Shown here: piece after piece, positions 12,307-25,266 of the stretch
Layout of the letters: each line of letters starts with the position of its first letter
How positions within the stretch are numbered: the first letter of the stretch is position 1
Assembly (NCBI GenBank): GCA_947429165.1
Contig: CANEON010000001.1
Location: 237,021-301,020 of the forward strand
DNA length: 64,000 nucleotides
Direction: 5' to 3'
DNA from: an uncultured Mycoplasmataceae bacterium
Lineage (GTDB): Bacteria; Bacillota_I; Bacilli_A; Mycoplasmatales; Mycoplasmoidaceae
Notes under the pieces: model-generated
Databases searched by the model: none
Seen by the model: the letters and a program-made list of their open reading frames with translations, nothing else
What the model was told of the DNA's origin: nothing
Position numbers and translations under genes: made by a program

Positions 12307-12371
12307 AATTAGTGGTCCTTTATTAAATAACTTTAATAAATTATACTTATAAAATATAAAATATACATATT

Positions 12372-14171
12372 ATGGAAAACAATAAATATAGTTGAGATTT
12401 GGAATGTTTATTAAATGGTAAAACTCTTGATAACTTGATTAAAGAATGAGTTAACAAACAAGAACAAATCTTAAAAGCTTATCCTAATTTTTATAAAAGT
12501 CTTTCTAACTTCAAAAAATGGTTAAAAATAAATGAAGAAGATGAAATTATTTCTAATCGTTTGATGAATTATATTTCTAATAACTATCAAGAAGATCTGT
12601 CTAATCCAAAATGAATTTCATATTCTCAAAAAATTTCTACTCTTGCAAATGAATATGCTCAAAAAACATCAGACTATGAAAATATTGTTTTAAAAAATGA
12701 AAAGAAAATAAGATCTTATTTGAAAGATAAATCTATTAGTGAATATCAAAGGGTTTTTGATTTAATATTTAAAACAAAAAAACATATTCTTTCAGAAAAA
12801 GAAGAAAAACTCTTAAGTAAAATTTCAAGAATTAATGGTGGGTTTGAAACAATTTTTAATACATTAACAGATTCAGATATTAAATTTGAAGATGCAAAAA
12901 ACTCAAAGGGTAAAAAGGTGCCATTAAAAACAATGGCTGATGTTTCAAAGAATTTAAAAGATAAAGATCGTGAATTAAGAAAAACAACATGAATAAATTT
13001 TAATCATGCATTTGATAAATTTGAGTCAACTTTAACTCAAACTCTTTATTACAACTACTTGATGTTGAATACAAATTCAAAATTACGTAATTATAAAGAC
13101 TACATTGATGCTGCAGCTGACGCTGATGAAGTTAACCAAAAATTTATTCTTCACATTTATAAGATGGTCCAGACATTTAAACCATCTATTAAGACCTATT
13201 CTGACAAAGTTAATAAGTTACTAAAAAAACAATTAAATCTTAATAAACTTGAACCATGAGACAAAACTGTCGACTTAACTAAAAAACAAGTAAAAGTTTC
13301 AATTGAACAAACTAAAAAAATTGTTTTAGAATCTTTGAAACCATTAGGAAACGAATATTTGTCAAATATTAAAAAAGCTTTTAATGAAAACTGAATATCT
13401 TGATTGCCAAAACCTTCTAAACAAACAGGAGCTTATTCAATCGGTGGAACTAAAGGGTTAGATAAATACTACATATCTATGAATTTTGATGAAACATTTA
13501 GATCTGTAAGTACAATTGCACACGAATTAGGGCATTCAATGCATTCTTTATATTTCAACAAAAAACAAAAAGTTTATGCAGACTGTGCAATATTCTATGC
13601 AGAAATAGCATCTATAGTTAATGAAACGTTGTTATCTTTATATTTAATTGATAAATATAAGAACGACAGGGAAATGAAAAGAATGATTTTAGATGAGTTT
13701 GTTTCTAATTTCTTTGCAACAACAACTAGACAAATAATTTTTTCAAATTTTGAATATGTTGCAAATCAATATGTAAACGAAGCTAAACCATTTACAAAAG
13801 AATCACTTAAGAATTTGTATATTGATATGATAAAAAAATACCAAGGCATGTCAAAAGAAATGGATAAGAAAATCAATAAAATTGTTCCATATAGTTATAT
13901 GCCTTCAACAATTTTTAGAATTGGACATTTTTATGTTGGAAACTTCTATGTTTACAAGTATGCAATAGGCCAGATTGTTGCAATAGATGTTGCAAGCAAA
14001 ATCTATAAAGGTGATAAACAAACGTTAAAAAGATATTTTGAATTCTTATCAAGTGGTTGTTCAAAATCACCACTAGAAACAATTAAGATATTGGGTATAG
14101 ATTTGTATAGCAATAAGCCTTACATTGAATCTAAGAAGTTTATAGACGAAATAATAAAAAAATTTAATTAG
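12372..14171 (+). CDS. pepF: oligoendopeptidase F (M3B family)
   Basis: The ATG at 12372 is in frame with track ORFs 12720, 13059 and 13404 across TGA codons. HELGHSMHS zinc motif. About 599 aa. Confidence 0.9.
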
Positions 14172-14490
14172 CTTTCATCAATAACGAAATAATAACGGAA
14201 ACAATAATTGAAAATGTTGGAGTGATTATTGCAACTGCTAATGTTTTAAAAAAATCTTTCCGAGCTGTTTTTTTCTCAATTAAAAATTTAAGTGCAGTTA
14301 ATGCATTAATTACATCTTGTGATGGTTCTATTAATTTAGTATCAAGTTGTAATTTTGTATTTAAATACATCGTGTTTAAAACTGACAGCTTCTTACCTTT
14401 GTGTTTTTCAATAAGAGCATTAACCTCTTGTGAAAAATCGTTCTTGCCGTTAAATAAATTTTTAATTGATTCAGGAATATATTTTTTCAT
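14164..14490 (-). CDS. hypothetical tail-anchored membrane protein
   Basis: 108-aa ORF with a single C-terminal TM helix (LAVAIITPTFSIIVSVIISLL). No recognisable family. Confidence 0.45.
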   Translation of the reverse strand: MKKYIPESIKNLFNGKNDFSQEVNALIEKHKGKKLSVLNTMYLNTKLQLDTKLIEPSQDVINALTALKFLIEKKTARKDFFKTLAVAIITPTFSIIVSVIISLLMKAN

Positions 14491-14500
14491 ACATAAATAT

Positions 14501-14537
14501 TATAAAAAATAAAAATCATCCAATGAAGGATGATTTT
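14501..14537 (-). terminator. rho-independent terminator after the Ig-like lipoprotein gene
   Basis: Stem aaaatcatcc / ggatgatttt (14512-14537) with a 6-nt loop, followed on the minus strand by a T-rich run. Confidence 0.55.
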
Positions 14538-14542
14538 GTAAA

Positions 14543-17500
14543 TTAACAAGTTATATAAAAGGTTTTGTAGTCACAGATTAATAAACCGTTTTGATCAGAA
14601 ATTACGTGTAATTTTCCACTCTTATCTCTAATTAACAATCCATATTGTAATTTTGGCTCGTCACTCATATTGTCGTTATGCAAAGTTCAAGTGCTGTGCT
14701 CAGCTATTTTTGGGTGATTCATTAAATAATCATCTAATCAAACATTTGGTTTCATGCTAAATTGAATTCCATCATCACCAATTTTAGTTATTTTAATTCC
14801 TCAATCATCTAAATTAACAGGAGTAAGCCCTGGTGCATATGTAATGTCATCTACATAGAATGACTTACCGGTGCTTGAATCTCTAACATTAATATGATAA
14901 AAGTTTAAGTATACAAACACATCTTCAGGTTGGGTATCAGCAGTGATTTCGTTACTAAATATGGTTATGCCGAATTCATCAGTGTCATTTTCTCCTAATG
15001 AAAAATCTCATTCTGGTTCCTCTGGTCCATTTAACTCTGTTCTTGTAGCAACATAAGGATCGTTTTCAGTAATATACAACTCTAAATCCATAGTTGCAAC
15101 AATTGAACTATCAACAGTTGAGGTAGCTTTTAAAGTGAAACGAATGTGGGTTGTGTTCGCAACAGCATTTCAAGAAAGAATGTTGTTTTCAATATATAAA
15201 ACATCTTCCACGTCTGGATTTAATATATCTCATTTAACATTTGTTGATGGGTTATTCCCTTGAGCTGAAACAGCTAATGCATTTTTGTATGATCCAGCCT
15301 TATTTTCAACACCTAAAATTTGGTTAGAACCAGGTCAGATAATAGAAATAGAAATTGGTTTAATTTCGATGTTCAATGCAAAATGTTTTACAGAACGAAT
15401 CTGAGTATTTTTTTTGCATGTAGCAACAACATCAAATGTTGCTCTTGTGTATGAACTTTGAGTAGAAATGGCGTTCCATGTTATTTGATTTGAACTATTA
15501 ATGGAAATTTCAACACCTGGCACACTAGTATTTTCTATAGATCAATTTACTTCATCGCTTGCATCAGAAGGGTGAAGAGTTGCAGAAAGTGTCTCGGTTG
15601 TTTTACCTGCTTTCCCTACTTCAGCACCATAAATTTCAGATATATCATTAACGTAATCTGTAGATCCTGTTCAGTTTATATCTAAACGTTCAACTGGAGG
15701 GTAATCTAAAACAAGAGTTATATCATTTCTTGTTTGAGAAATACTTCATTTTGCACTAGTTGCTTTAATTGATAATGTAATGTTTCCTGCTTTTGAAATA
15801 GGATTTCATACAATGTTTTTAGATACAGGATCAATTGATATTGAATTTGCAGGAGCAGATTCACCATCATCATAAGTAGCACTTATGATTGTTCATGTAG
15901 CATCATCTATTTCTTTTGATCCTTCAGGATTTGAAGAAACAGAAAGAGATTGACCTTGAGAATAACCTGATTTGTTGATTGTTCCATTTATAGATGTTGA
16001 ACCATTTCATTCTATTTGCATTCCAGTTGGGTCAGGACGATCAAGTACCAAAGTTAAATCTATTGTTCTAGAAATTGATGAATCTTCAATTGATGTAGCT
16101 TTTACTTTAAACGGATAAGTTCCTGGATTAGCAAAACTTGATCATTTTATACTTTTGTGTGTGTTAATCACTGAATCTACAAGCGAAATTGTCGGTCCGT
16201 TTTTAGGTTGTTCGATAATCGAAAAATCTACTTTTTGTTCAGCGTTATCTGGATGAATTTGCGCTACTAAAGGTTTTGAATAAGTCTCTTCTTTGTTTAT
16301 AAGACCATTAATTGTGGTAGCACCATCTTGTAGTCCTAAATCCATACTTGTTGGATTAGCAGTGTCAAAATCAATTTGAACATTGTTTTTTGTAACCGTT
16401 TTTGTTGATCCGTCTTCTCCTGTTCATGATGCTTTTACAACAAGCGGTGCAACATGTGGTCTAATTTCTTGAGTTTGTTTTTTAAATGTTCAACAAATTT
16501 GTTTTTGGTCATTAATAGATAAATCTAAATATTGTGAATATGTACTTCCTGAAGCGTGCTCCACAGTATAAGTTACATCTGCGGATGAATATGATGGTTT
16601 AAAAACACTGATTAAATGTCCAGATGATGAACCATTTTCATTAACTGTACCATTCATAATAATAGTTGAAGATGCATCAGAATTTTCACTTCAACCTATT
16701 ACGACATTTGTAGGTTTTGCCGTTTTAAAAGAAATTGAAAATTGAGCACTAGTTACTGTTAAAGATGGTGTTTTAGTAGAAGTTGCTTTTACTTTGAATG
16801 AAACTACATCAACAGATGAATCTGTTGGAACATCTCAACTAATTTGTTTAGAAGCATTAATGGTTACATTAGCATCAGATGACTTTTCTATAATATCGTA
16901 ATTGAAGTCTGCCGGATTAAAATCTGCATAAGTTGGATCAGGACTTACCGAAAATGATTCAGTTGTTGTTCCTGCAACTCCTTTTGTTCCTGAAATATTG
17001 TATTGACCATTTCAATTTAGTCTTATAGATTTTGGTTGAGGTTTATTTAAAGTTAATGAAAAGCCTGTTATATCTTTAGATAATGTTGTTCCTTCTACTT
17101 CTGCACGAACAGTGAATGTTAAGTTACTAATGGGGTGTTATTTTCATATTTCTTTCATTGTATTTTTCCCTCTGCAGAAACACTTAAAATTTGATCAACT
17201 AATGACTGTTGTGATGTATTTGTAGCTATAAGTTGATAATTAACTTTAGTGTTTGGATCAATGTATGAAGATGGCTCTACACTTGAGGTTAAATTTCCAA
17301 GACTTTCTCCAGCTTTATAAATTTCACCAACGTACGCTTTGTCAGAACCGTTGTAGCTAGCTGTTAAAGTTTCAGGTTGAGCATATCCAATATTTAATGT
17401 AAAAGACAAGTTTGCTGGTGGAACTGATCTATAACCTCTAAAATAAGCTGAAACGTAAAAATTGTATTGACCTTTAGCGTGTTGTGATCATTGAATTTTT

Positions 17501-18740
17501 CCTTCGTTTGTTACAGAAATTCATGATTTCATTTTTGTAGGCATTATTTGGTACGAAACATCATCTCCAGTTGCTATAGCATCTGTTGGTGTAACGGTCG
17601 GTTGTAATACACCGGTAGATTCTCCACCTTCTTTGTTACTTCCATATAATACTGTAGATCCTTCAGAATATGCTAAAGAGATTGATTGTGGATCAACCTT
17701 TTCTAGAACTAACGCGAATTGTTTAGAAGAAGATATGGAAGTGTTTTTATATTTAGCAGTAACAGTGAAAGAGTAAGTGCCTTCTGTCGATTTTGCATCT
17801 CAAGAAATTTGTCCATTCGTTACATGAATAAAGTCTTGTCCTGAAACAGATCATTCAACTTCTGGAGTTTTAGCATAACTAGGAGTAGGTGACGCAATTA
17901 AACTATCAATAGATGATTCAGCTTTATTTACTTTTCCATATAAAGCAATATCACCCATAGTGTACATTGGGTCTGTTCAAGTTAGATTTAATGCTGTTGG
18001 ATCAGGTTTATTTAGCTTTAATCTAAAATTTTGAATATCTCTTGCTCTGCCGTCCGCACTTGTTGCAGATAGTTTAAAATTAATTGTTTTCTCTGCTGAA
18101 ACAGATCTCCAAGCAATATATTGTTTTTCATTTATTGTCTTTAAATAAACAGCTGAATCTGTCGCATCATACAATTCATATGTAACATTTTGTTGGGCTT
18201 CTGTAGGTAAAACTGTTGCTGTTAAAGGTTTTGATTCATAATAACCTTCTTGATTTATATACCCACCAATTTCGTGAATTTGGTTTGTACCATCTCAATT
18301 TAACGAAACATTTGTAGCGTGAGCATAATCAATTAAAAGAATAAAATCTTTTGATGCTGATAATGATGGTTTAACTTTAGAGGTCGCAGTTACTGTAAAA
18401 TTAATTTTTTACCTTGATGACAAGTATTAGGAATTGTTGACCAACAAATACGATTATGTGAATCAACATTAAAACTTACATCTGTTGAAGTTGTAGTTAT
18501 TGCATAATTAACTTCTTGTGGTTTATCTGCTGGATAAACAGAAACACTTAATGGTTGAGCACTTCATGAACCAGAAGAAAGCAAATTACCTTTAATTTCT
18601 GTAGAACCCTCTCAATTAAATTTGATTTCAGTTGGGCCGTTGTCTTTTGATCCGCAAGATGTTGAAGTTAAAATAGCTGTTGAAGAGCCTAGAACAAACG
18701 CTCCTGCTGCCATCATTTTAATTATTTTTTTTGATTTCAT
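14543..18740 (-). pseudogene. giant surface lipoprotein with about 13 tandem Ig-like (Big_2-like) repeats, interrupted by two homopolymer frameshifts
   Basis: Start MKSKKIIKMMAAGAFVLGSSTAILTSTSCGSK (lipobox). Repeats of about 95-105 aa share the pattern ...G.I.W......G.Y.F.V.A.... Track ORFs 17977-18174 and 17155-17409 (frame 0) and 16142-16345 and 15335-15523 (frame 1) are all repeat units. The frame changes are pinned to T6 18405-18410 and G4 17132-17135. The protein ends ...KTFYITC*. Confidence 0.7.
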
Positions 18741-18794
18741 TTATATATCCTTTTTTGTAGTTAATCAACTTATTATATGGAATATATATCTATA

Positions 18795-18830
18795 AAATAA
18801 AAAAGATGGGGAAACGCCCATCTTTTTTTT
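18795..18830 (-). terminator. rho-independent terminator after the permease gene
   Basis: Stem agatggg / cccatct with flanking A and T runs (aaaagatggggaaacgcccatctttttttt). Confidence 0.55.
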
Positions 18831-18833
18831 AAA

Positions 18834-20435
18834 TTATTTAACTTCAATTTTTGTTTCGAAGATGTCTTGTTTTTCTCAAATTAAAGCTTGATTGTAACTC
18901 TTATCTGTGTATTTAATAACTAACTCGTTTAATATTGGAACAAGAATTAATATAGCACACATTATTCAGAATCACATACATGCCATTCATGCTTGCATAG
19001 TAAATGCATTTTGGTGAAATAAACCTCATGCATCAAAACTTGCGTTTGGGTTTGTGGCAATAGCACCACAGAATTGTCAAATCATACCGTAAGCAAATAC
19101 GAAATAGCATCCAAATGCTCCAATGCCTGCAGCAGCAACTTGTCCTTTTTGCTTTACAACTTCTGGTGCTTTTGGTTTGTATCTGTTAAATATAGATGCA
19201 GCTGATAGTGTTGCATAAATACCAAAGAAAGCTAATACTATAAAGTTTGATACTCCATCAAATATTTGGTCTGTATCCATTACACATGAAGGAATACCTA
19301 AAATCACAATATATAAGATTTGAGTGATTATTAATAAGATAAATCCATTTAATAAGAATTTACCATTTCCTAATTTTTTGATTCATTTGCTTCCCGCAAT
19401 TACTTCTTCTTCAATTGCTGAATCAAAAGATCTAATTGCACCCATAGTCATTGAGTTTAAAACACCAAAAATCGAAATAAAAATAAAGATTGAAATTATT
19501 AAATGGAATGCTGTTTTTCAACCTTCACTGAATGAGAAAACATAATCAAATACAGCATATGCACTTCCGCATCCTACACAAATTTGACCTAATGTAACTA
19601 ATAGGTATAGAATCCCTGAAACAACCATTGAAACCACAATAGATAAAGGAATATTCTTATTTGGTTCTTTCATTTCTCCAGCAATGTTTCCAATAATTAA
19701 GAAAGAATCAAATGCAAATAAAATTGCAGGTAATGAATCTAACATTCCGGCAAAATTAAATTTGCCATCATAATTGTTTCCTGACTTATCAATTGCTTCT
19801 GTAGCATGAGTAAATAAGTTTTGTCCACTGTGTAAAGAACCAAAGATTATTCCAGAAAAAATAACCAATGCTAATGGAATAAACTTTAATAATGTAGTAA
19901 TGCCTGAACATTTTTGTAACACGTTTGATGCAAACAAGTTAAGTGTTGCAAAAAAGAAAATTCCAGCAACAGCAACCAAAAGAACATAGCCCATATGTGC
20001 TGTAATATTGTTATCGGAATAAAAGCAATTGAATATTGCTTCACTAAAGAATATTGCATCTACTAGTACATAGATACCATAGTATAGTAAAGGAAGCATT
20101 ATCTTTACAGTTCTTCCTGATCTGTAACCAATAAACCTTTCAAACCAACCAGCTAAACCAGAGTTTGCTGATTTTGTTTTACATGTAACAATTTCACCAA
20201 ATGAATATGCAACAGCTAAAGCAATAATAAATGCAAGAATTCACGAACCTAAAATACCACCAGCATTACCGTGGTTATTTTGAAAAACGGTATTATTTTT
20301 AAAGAATATACCAACACCTACTGTACTTCCAATGATAATGGAAACAGCACCAAACAATCCTATTTTTGCTGCGGTTTTTCGTGATACATTAATATCAGAA
20401 CTTGCAGCATATTTGCTCTTTTTATTAAAACTCAT
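18834..20435 (-). CDS. APC-family amino acid permease
   Basis: ORFs 20241-20435, 19518-20099 and 19077-19307 share a frame across TGA. About 533 aa, about 12 TM helices, and an N-terminal GSTVGVGIFF motif typical of amino acid/polyamine permeases. Confidence 0.8.
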
Positions 20436-20437
20436 GA

Positions 20438-20815
20438 TTATTTTTTATAAGCAATAGCTTCAATTTCGATTAAAACGTCTTTAGGAAGTCTAGCAACCTC
20501 AACGCAGCTTCTAGCTGGTTTATGACTTGAGAAATATTGTCCATATACTTCATTAACTTTCGCAAAGTCATTCATATCTTTTAAAAAGATACCGCAACGA
20601 ACAACATCATTTAATGTACATCCAGCAGCTTCTAAAACTGCCTTAACATTTTCAAGTGATTGTTTTGCTTGTTCTTGTACATCTTCACTAACTTTAGTCA
20701 TTGTTGAAGGTACAAACGGAATTTGTCCTGAAACAAATACCATGTTTCCCGCTTCAATAGCTTGAACGTATGGTCCAACTGCTGCAGGTGCATTATCTGT
20801 GTGAATTACTTTCAT
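20438..20815 (-). CDS. ridA: RidA/YjgF family reactive-intermediate deaminase
   Basis: 125 aa with [20 protein letters not shown]...[22 protein letters not shown], the classic YjgF/RidA signature. Confidence 0.9.
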   Translation of the reverse strand: MKVIHTDNAPAAVGPYVQAIEAGNMVFVSGQIPFVPSTMTKVSEDVQEQAKQSLENVKAVLEAAGCTLNDVVRCGIFLKDMNDFAKVNEVYGQYFSSHKPARSCVEVARLPKDVLIEIEAIAYKK

Positions 20816-20899
20816 TATTTTCTCCTTAAATTAATAACTATGATAATTATAGAGAAATATAATTTTATTTATAAAATTAATAAGGCTTATTATTAATAT

Positions 20900-22000
20900 A
20901 TGAAACAAATTCCTATAGTATATGCTTCAGACAATAACGGTATTAACCAAATTACCGTTTCTGTTTATTCTTTGCTAAAAAACAAAAAACCTGAAACAAA
21001 CTATGAAATTTATGTTTTTAGTAAAGATTTTGCTGAAGCAAGTCAAGTTGATTTAGAAACTATAGTAAATTCTTACCCAGGATCAACAATTCAATTTATT
21101 GATTGCAAAGAATATGAAAAAAGATTTGATCTTTCTGGAATAGAAATGAGAGATGAAGGATTAAGAAATATTAAATGACCTTCCCCTACTTATTACAGAT
21201 TATTAACTCCTTTAATATTAAAAGATAAAGAAAGAGCAATCTATCTTGATATTGATACACTTGTCTTGTCTGATTTAACAGAATTATTTGAGCAACAGTT
21301 TAATGGATATGCTGCTGGAGCAATCAACCATCCAGTTGCTGGATGAATTAAATGAATGAATGAGTGTATTCGTAATAACACAATGGAAGAAAGATGAATA
21401 TATAAGCATTTTAATAGTGGAACAACAGAATATGATATCTATATTCAAGCTGGTATGTTTTTATTCAACATACCAATGTGAAAAGATGTTGATTTTGATA
21501 AACTATTTGCACTAGCACATGAAAAGAATTTTAACGACGAAGATCTAATTAATTATTCTTTTAAAGGACAACTACATATTTTACCAAACAAATACAATTA
21601 CTGTGTTCATTTTGTAAATGATACTAATTACAAAAACTTCCCAGAATACTTTGGTAAGCCAATTGAAAAGTTTGATGAAGAACTAAATCAAGCGCAAATT
21701 ATTCACTTTTCAGCCAGAGGAATCAAGCCTGACTATATTGTTAATCAATCAACTATATATTTAATGAGTGAAACTGGCGATTTTGATAAGTTTATGAACT
21801 TACTTGAAGACTATGAAATGTTTTCAATGATCTACGACATGAAGAAAAGTCCTCAATATGCTCAAAGAATGAAACTTTTGGCTGATACTTACCAAAAGAT
21901 TGTTCAACAATCATCAAAATCTGGAGTTTATTCAAAATTGTTTAGAAAATGATTCTTGTATGCTTACGAAATTCTAAACAAATACGGCATTAAAGCATAA
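20900..22000 (+). CDS. glycosyltransferase family 8
   Basis: N-terminus IPIVYASDNNGINQITVSVYSLLKN and a DxD motif (YLDIDTLVLSD). ORFs 20900 and 21764 are in frame across TGA. TAA at 22000. Confidence 0.8.
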
Positions 22001-22073
22001 ATTATTCTTATATAAAGATTAAATACATATAATATTAAAGTTAATTTAATATATTAAATTACTAGGAGAAAAT

Positions 22074-22781
22074 ATGTCAAAAAATCAAATGTTATATGAA
22101 GGTAAAGCAAAGAAAATTTTTGCTACAGATGTTGCTGATGAAGTAATCATTGAATATAAAGATGATGCAACAGCTGGCAATGGGGCAAAAAAAGGTACTA
22201 TCAGCAATAAAGGTATTTTAAATAACGCAATTACTACATTCATTTTTGAAATGCTAAAAGAACACGGCATCCCAACTCACTTTATTAAGAAATTAAATGA
22301 TCGTGATCAATTATGTAAAAAAGTAACTATCGTTCCATTAGAAGTAATTGTTAGAAATGTTGCTGCTGGAAGCATGGCTAAACGTTTGGGAATTGAAGAA
22401 GGAACTTCTTTAAAAACTCCCGTTCTTGAAATTTCTTACAAAAACGATGCATTAGGTGATCCATTAATTAACAATTACCATGCGGTTGCAATTGGAATAA
22501 CAACATTTGATGAATTAAATACTATTTATTCTTACACTAAAAAAATTAATGAATTACTAATTGAATTCTTTAAAAAACAAAACATTCGTCTTATTGACTT
22601 TAAGATTGAATTTGGAAAAGACAAAGATGGTAAAGTTTTGTTGGCTGACGAAATTTCTCCAGATACTTGTAGATTATGAGATCTTACAACTAATGAAAAA
22701 TTAGATAAAGATCGTTTTAGAAGAGATATGGGTAAGGTTGAAGAAGCTTACCAAGAAATTTTCAAAAGATTATCTAAATAA
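22074..22781 (+). CDS. purC: SAICAR synthetase
   Basis: YEGKAKKIF...LIDFKIEFG...[13 protein letters not shown]. The ORF continues across TGA at 22677-22679 to TAA at 22781. Confidence 0.93.
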
Positions 22782-22784
22782 TAT

Positions 22785-24200
22785 ATGAAGTTGTACGAAC
22801 ATACTTTTGATTTTGAATTAGACAAATTCAAAGATGAATGTGGTGTCTTTGGTGTCTATTCAAAATCTAACAAAAATAATGTTGCATTGTTAACCTACTA
22901 TGGTTTATTTGCTTTGCAACACCGTGGTCAAGAATCTGCAGGTATTGCTATAAGCAATGCTAAAAATGTTATATGTAAAAAAGGTCTTGGTTATGTTGGT
23001 GACGTTTTTACAAAAGACTTAATGCAACAATTATCAAAAGGCAATCCTAAAATTGCTATTGGTCATGTTCGTTATTCAACAGCTGGAAGTAAAACAGTTG
23101 AAAATGCTCAACCATTTGTTGTAAAAACTAAAGCTGGTTCAATTGCCGTTGCTCACAATGGTAATTTAGTTAATGCAAATTCTCTAAGAGAACAATATAA
23201 GAAAAAAGGTATGAAATTTGTTTCTTCTGTTGATTCAGAAGTAATTGCAAATATCATTGCACATAATCTTAAAAAAGAAAAAACAATTGAAGATGCAATC
23301 ATTAAAACAACTAAAGAAATTAGGGGTGCATATGCTTTAGTTGTATTAACTAAAGATAAATTAATCGGTTTAAGAGATCCTAATGGTATTAGACCATTAT
23401 GTTTAGGAAAATTATCAGACGGTTCATATATTCTTTCATCTGAAAGTTGTGCTTTTAGTTCAACTGGAGCTAAGTTTGTACAAGACATTAAAAAGGGTGA
23501 AATTATTACAATCACTAATAAATGTGTAAAAACAAAAACTTATAGCAATGCTCCAAAAAAATCTTGTATCTTTGAATATGTTTATTTTGCTAGACCTGAT
23601 TCTACAATTGATGGGATCAATTGTTATTTGTCTAGAATTGAACAAGGTAAATTACTATATAAGGAACATCCTTTAAAAGCTGATATGGTAATTGCCGCAC
23701 CAGAATCTGGAAATTATGCGGCTATGGGTTATTCTCAAGCTTCTAAAATTCCTTTTGGTATTGGTTTAATTAAAAATAGATATATTGCAAGAACTTTTAT
23801 TAAACCTACTCAAGAATTAAGAGAAAGAGATGTTTATATTAAATTAAATCCTCTTGAAATTAATGTTAAGGGTAAAAACTTAGTTTTAATTGATGACTCT
23901 ATTGTAAGAGGAACATCTTCTCTTCACTTTGTTAAGGCTCTTAAAAAAGCAGGAGCTAAGAAAGTATATTTCTTATCTGCTGCTCCAATGGTTAAATGAC
24001 CATGTTTCTTAGGGATTGATACTCCTAATAAAAAAGATTTAATGGCTGCAAATATGTCATTAAAACAAATGCAAAAGAAAATCGGTTGTGACTATTTAGG
24101 ATTCTTAAGCATTAAGAGCTTATATAAATGTTGTTTAAATAAAGATGAATATTGTGACGGATGTTTTACAGGAAAATATCCTGTTAACAAGGAAGAATAA
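22785..24200 (+). CDS. purF: amidophosphoribosyltransferase (propeptide + Cys nucleophile, Fe-S type C-terminus)
   Basis: ECGVFGVYS N-terminal nucleophile motif after a propeptide, PRTase motif LVLIDDSIVRGTS, and C-terminal CDGC cysteines. Joined across TGA at 23997. Confidence 0.93.
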
Positions 24201-24211
24201 GGAGAATAAAG

Positions 24212-25231
24212 ATGAAAAAGAAATTAACATATCAAAATAGTGGTGTAAATATTCATGAAGGCTATAAGTCTGTAAGTTTATTTAAACAACATACAAAGAA
24301 AACTATGAATAATTTAGTTCTAAACGGATTAGGTTCATTTGCTGGAATGTTAAAAATTCCAAGCTGATATAAAAAACCTATCTTAGTTTCTGGAACTGAT
24401 GGCGTAGGAACTAAAATTGCTATTGCATGTAAGAATAAGAAATATGATACAGTTGGTATTGATTGCGTAGCAATGTGTGTCAATGATGTTTTATGCCATG
24501 GTGCTAAACCTTTATTTTTCTTAGATTACATTGCTTGTGGAAAATTAGAAGCAAAAGTTGCTGCTGATTTAGTTAAAGGTGTAAGCGAAGGGTGTATACA
24601 GTCTGGTAGTGCTTTAATCGGTGGTGAAACCGCTGAAATGCCTGGTTTCTATAAAGCAGGAGATTATGACTTAGCAGGTTTCTCTGTTGGTATTGTTGAT
24701 CAAGACAAAATTATTAATGGTAAAAACATTAAAGCTGGTGATGCTTTAATCGGTATTGCTTCAAGCGGTTTCCATTCAAATGGTTATTCATTAGTAAGAA
24801 AAGTATTTACTAATATGAATGAATCATTCAAAGGTAAACCATTATGAAAAACTTTATTAACACCTACAAAAATTTATGTTAAACCTGTTCTTAATTTATT
24901 AAAAAAATACGAAATTAAGGGTATGGCTCACATTACTGGTGGAGGATTTATTGAAAATGCTCCTAGAATGTTGAAACCAAATTCTAACTTACAATTGGTT
25001 ATCGACACTAAGTCTTATCCATTGCCTGACATTTTTAAATTAATTAATAATCGTGGTGTTGAAAAATCACACATGTACAACACGTTCAACATGGGTATTG
25101 GATTCATGCTTTGTGTTAACAAAAAAGATGTTAAGAAAATTCTTAAAGACTTATCTTTAATGAAAGAAAAAGCATGAGAGATAGGTTATGTAGAATCTAA
25201 TAAAAAAGGTCAAACAATAAAGATCATTTAA
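24212..25231 (+). CDS. purM: AIR synthetase
   Basis: [35 protein letters not shown] and MAHITGGGF. Three track pieces are in frame across TGA. Confidence 0.93.
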
Positions 25232-25236
25232 TAAAT

Positions 25237-25266
25237 AAAAAAATCCGCTTAATTGCGGATTTTTTA
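25237..25266. terminator. bidirectional rho-independent terminator between purM and the convergent Ig-like gene
   Basis: aaaaaaatccgc-ttaatt-gcggattttttt: 8-bp GC-containing stem flanked by an A-run and a T-run. Confidence 0.6.

Noticed and set aside
22001-22073. Purine, ZTP or other riboswitch upstream of purC, and likewise upstream of purN (30785-30910).
   Set aside because: Both leaders are short, almost pure A/T, and lack the conserved G/C-containing cores of the purine or ZTP aptamers.
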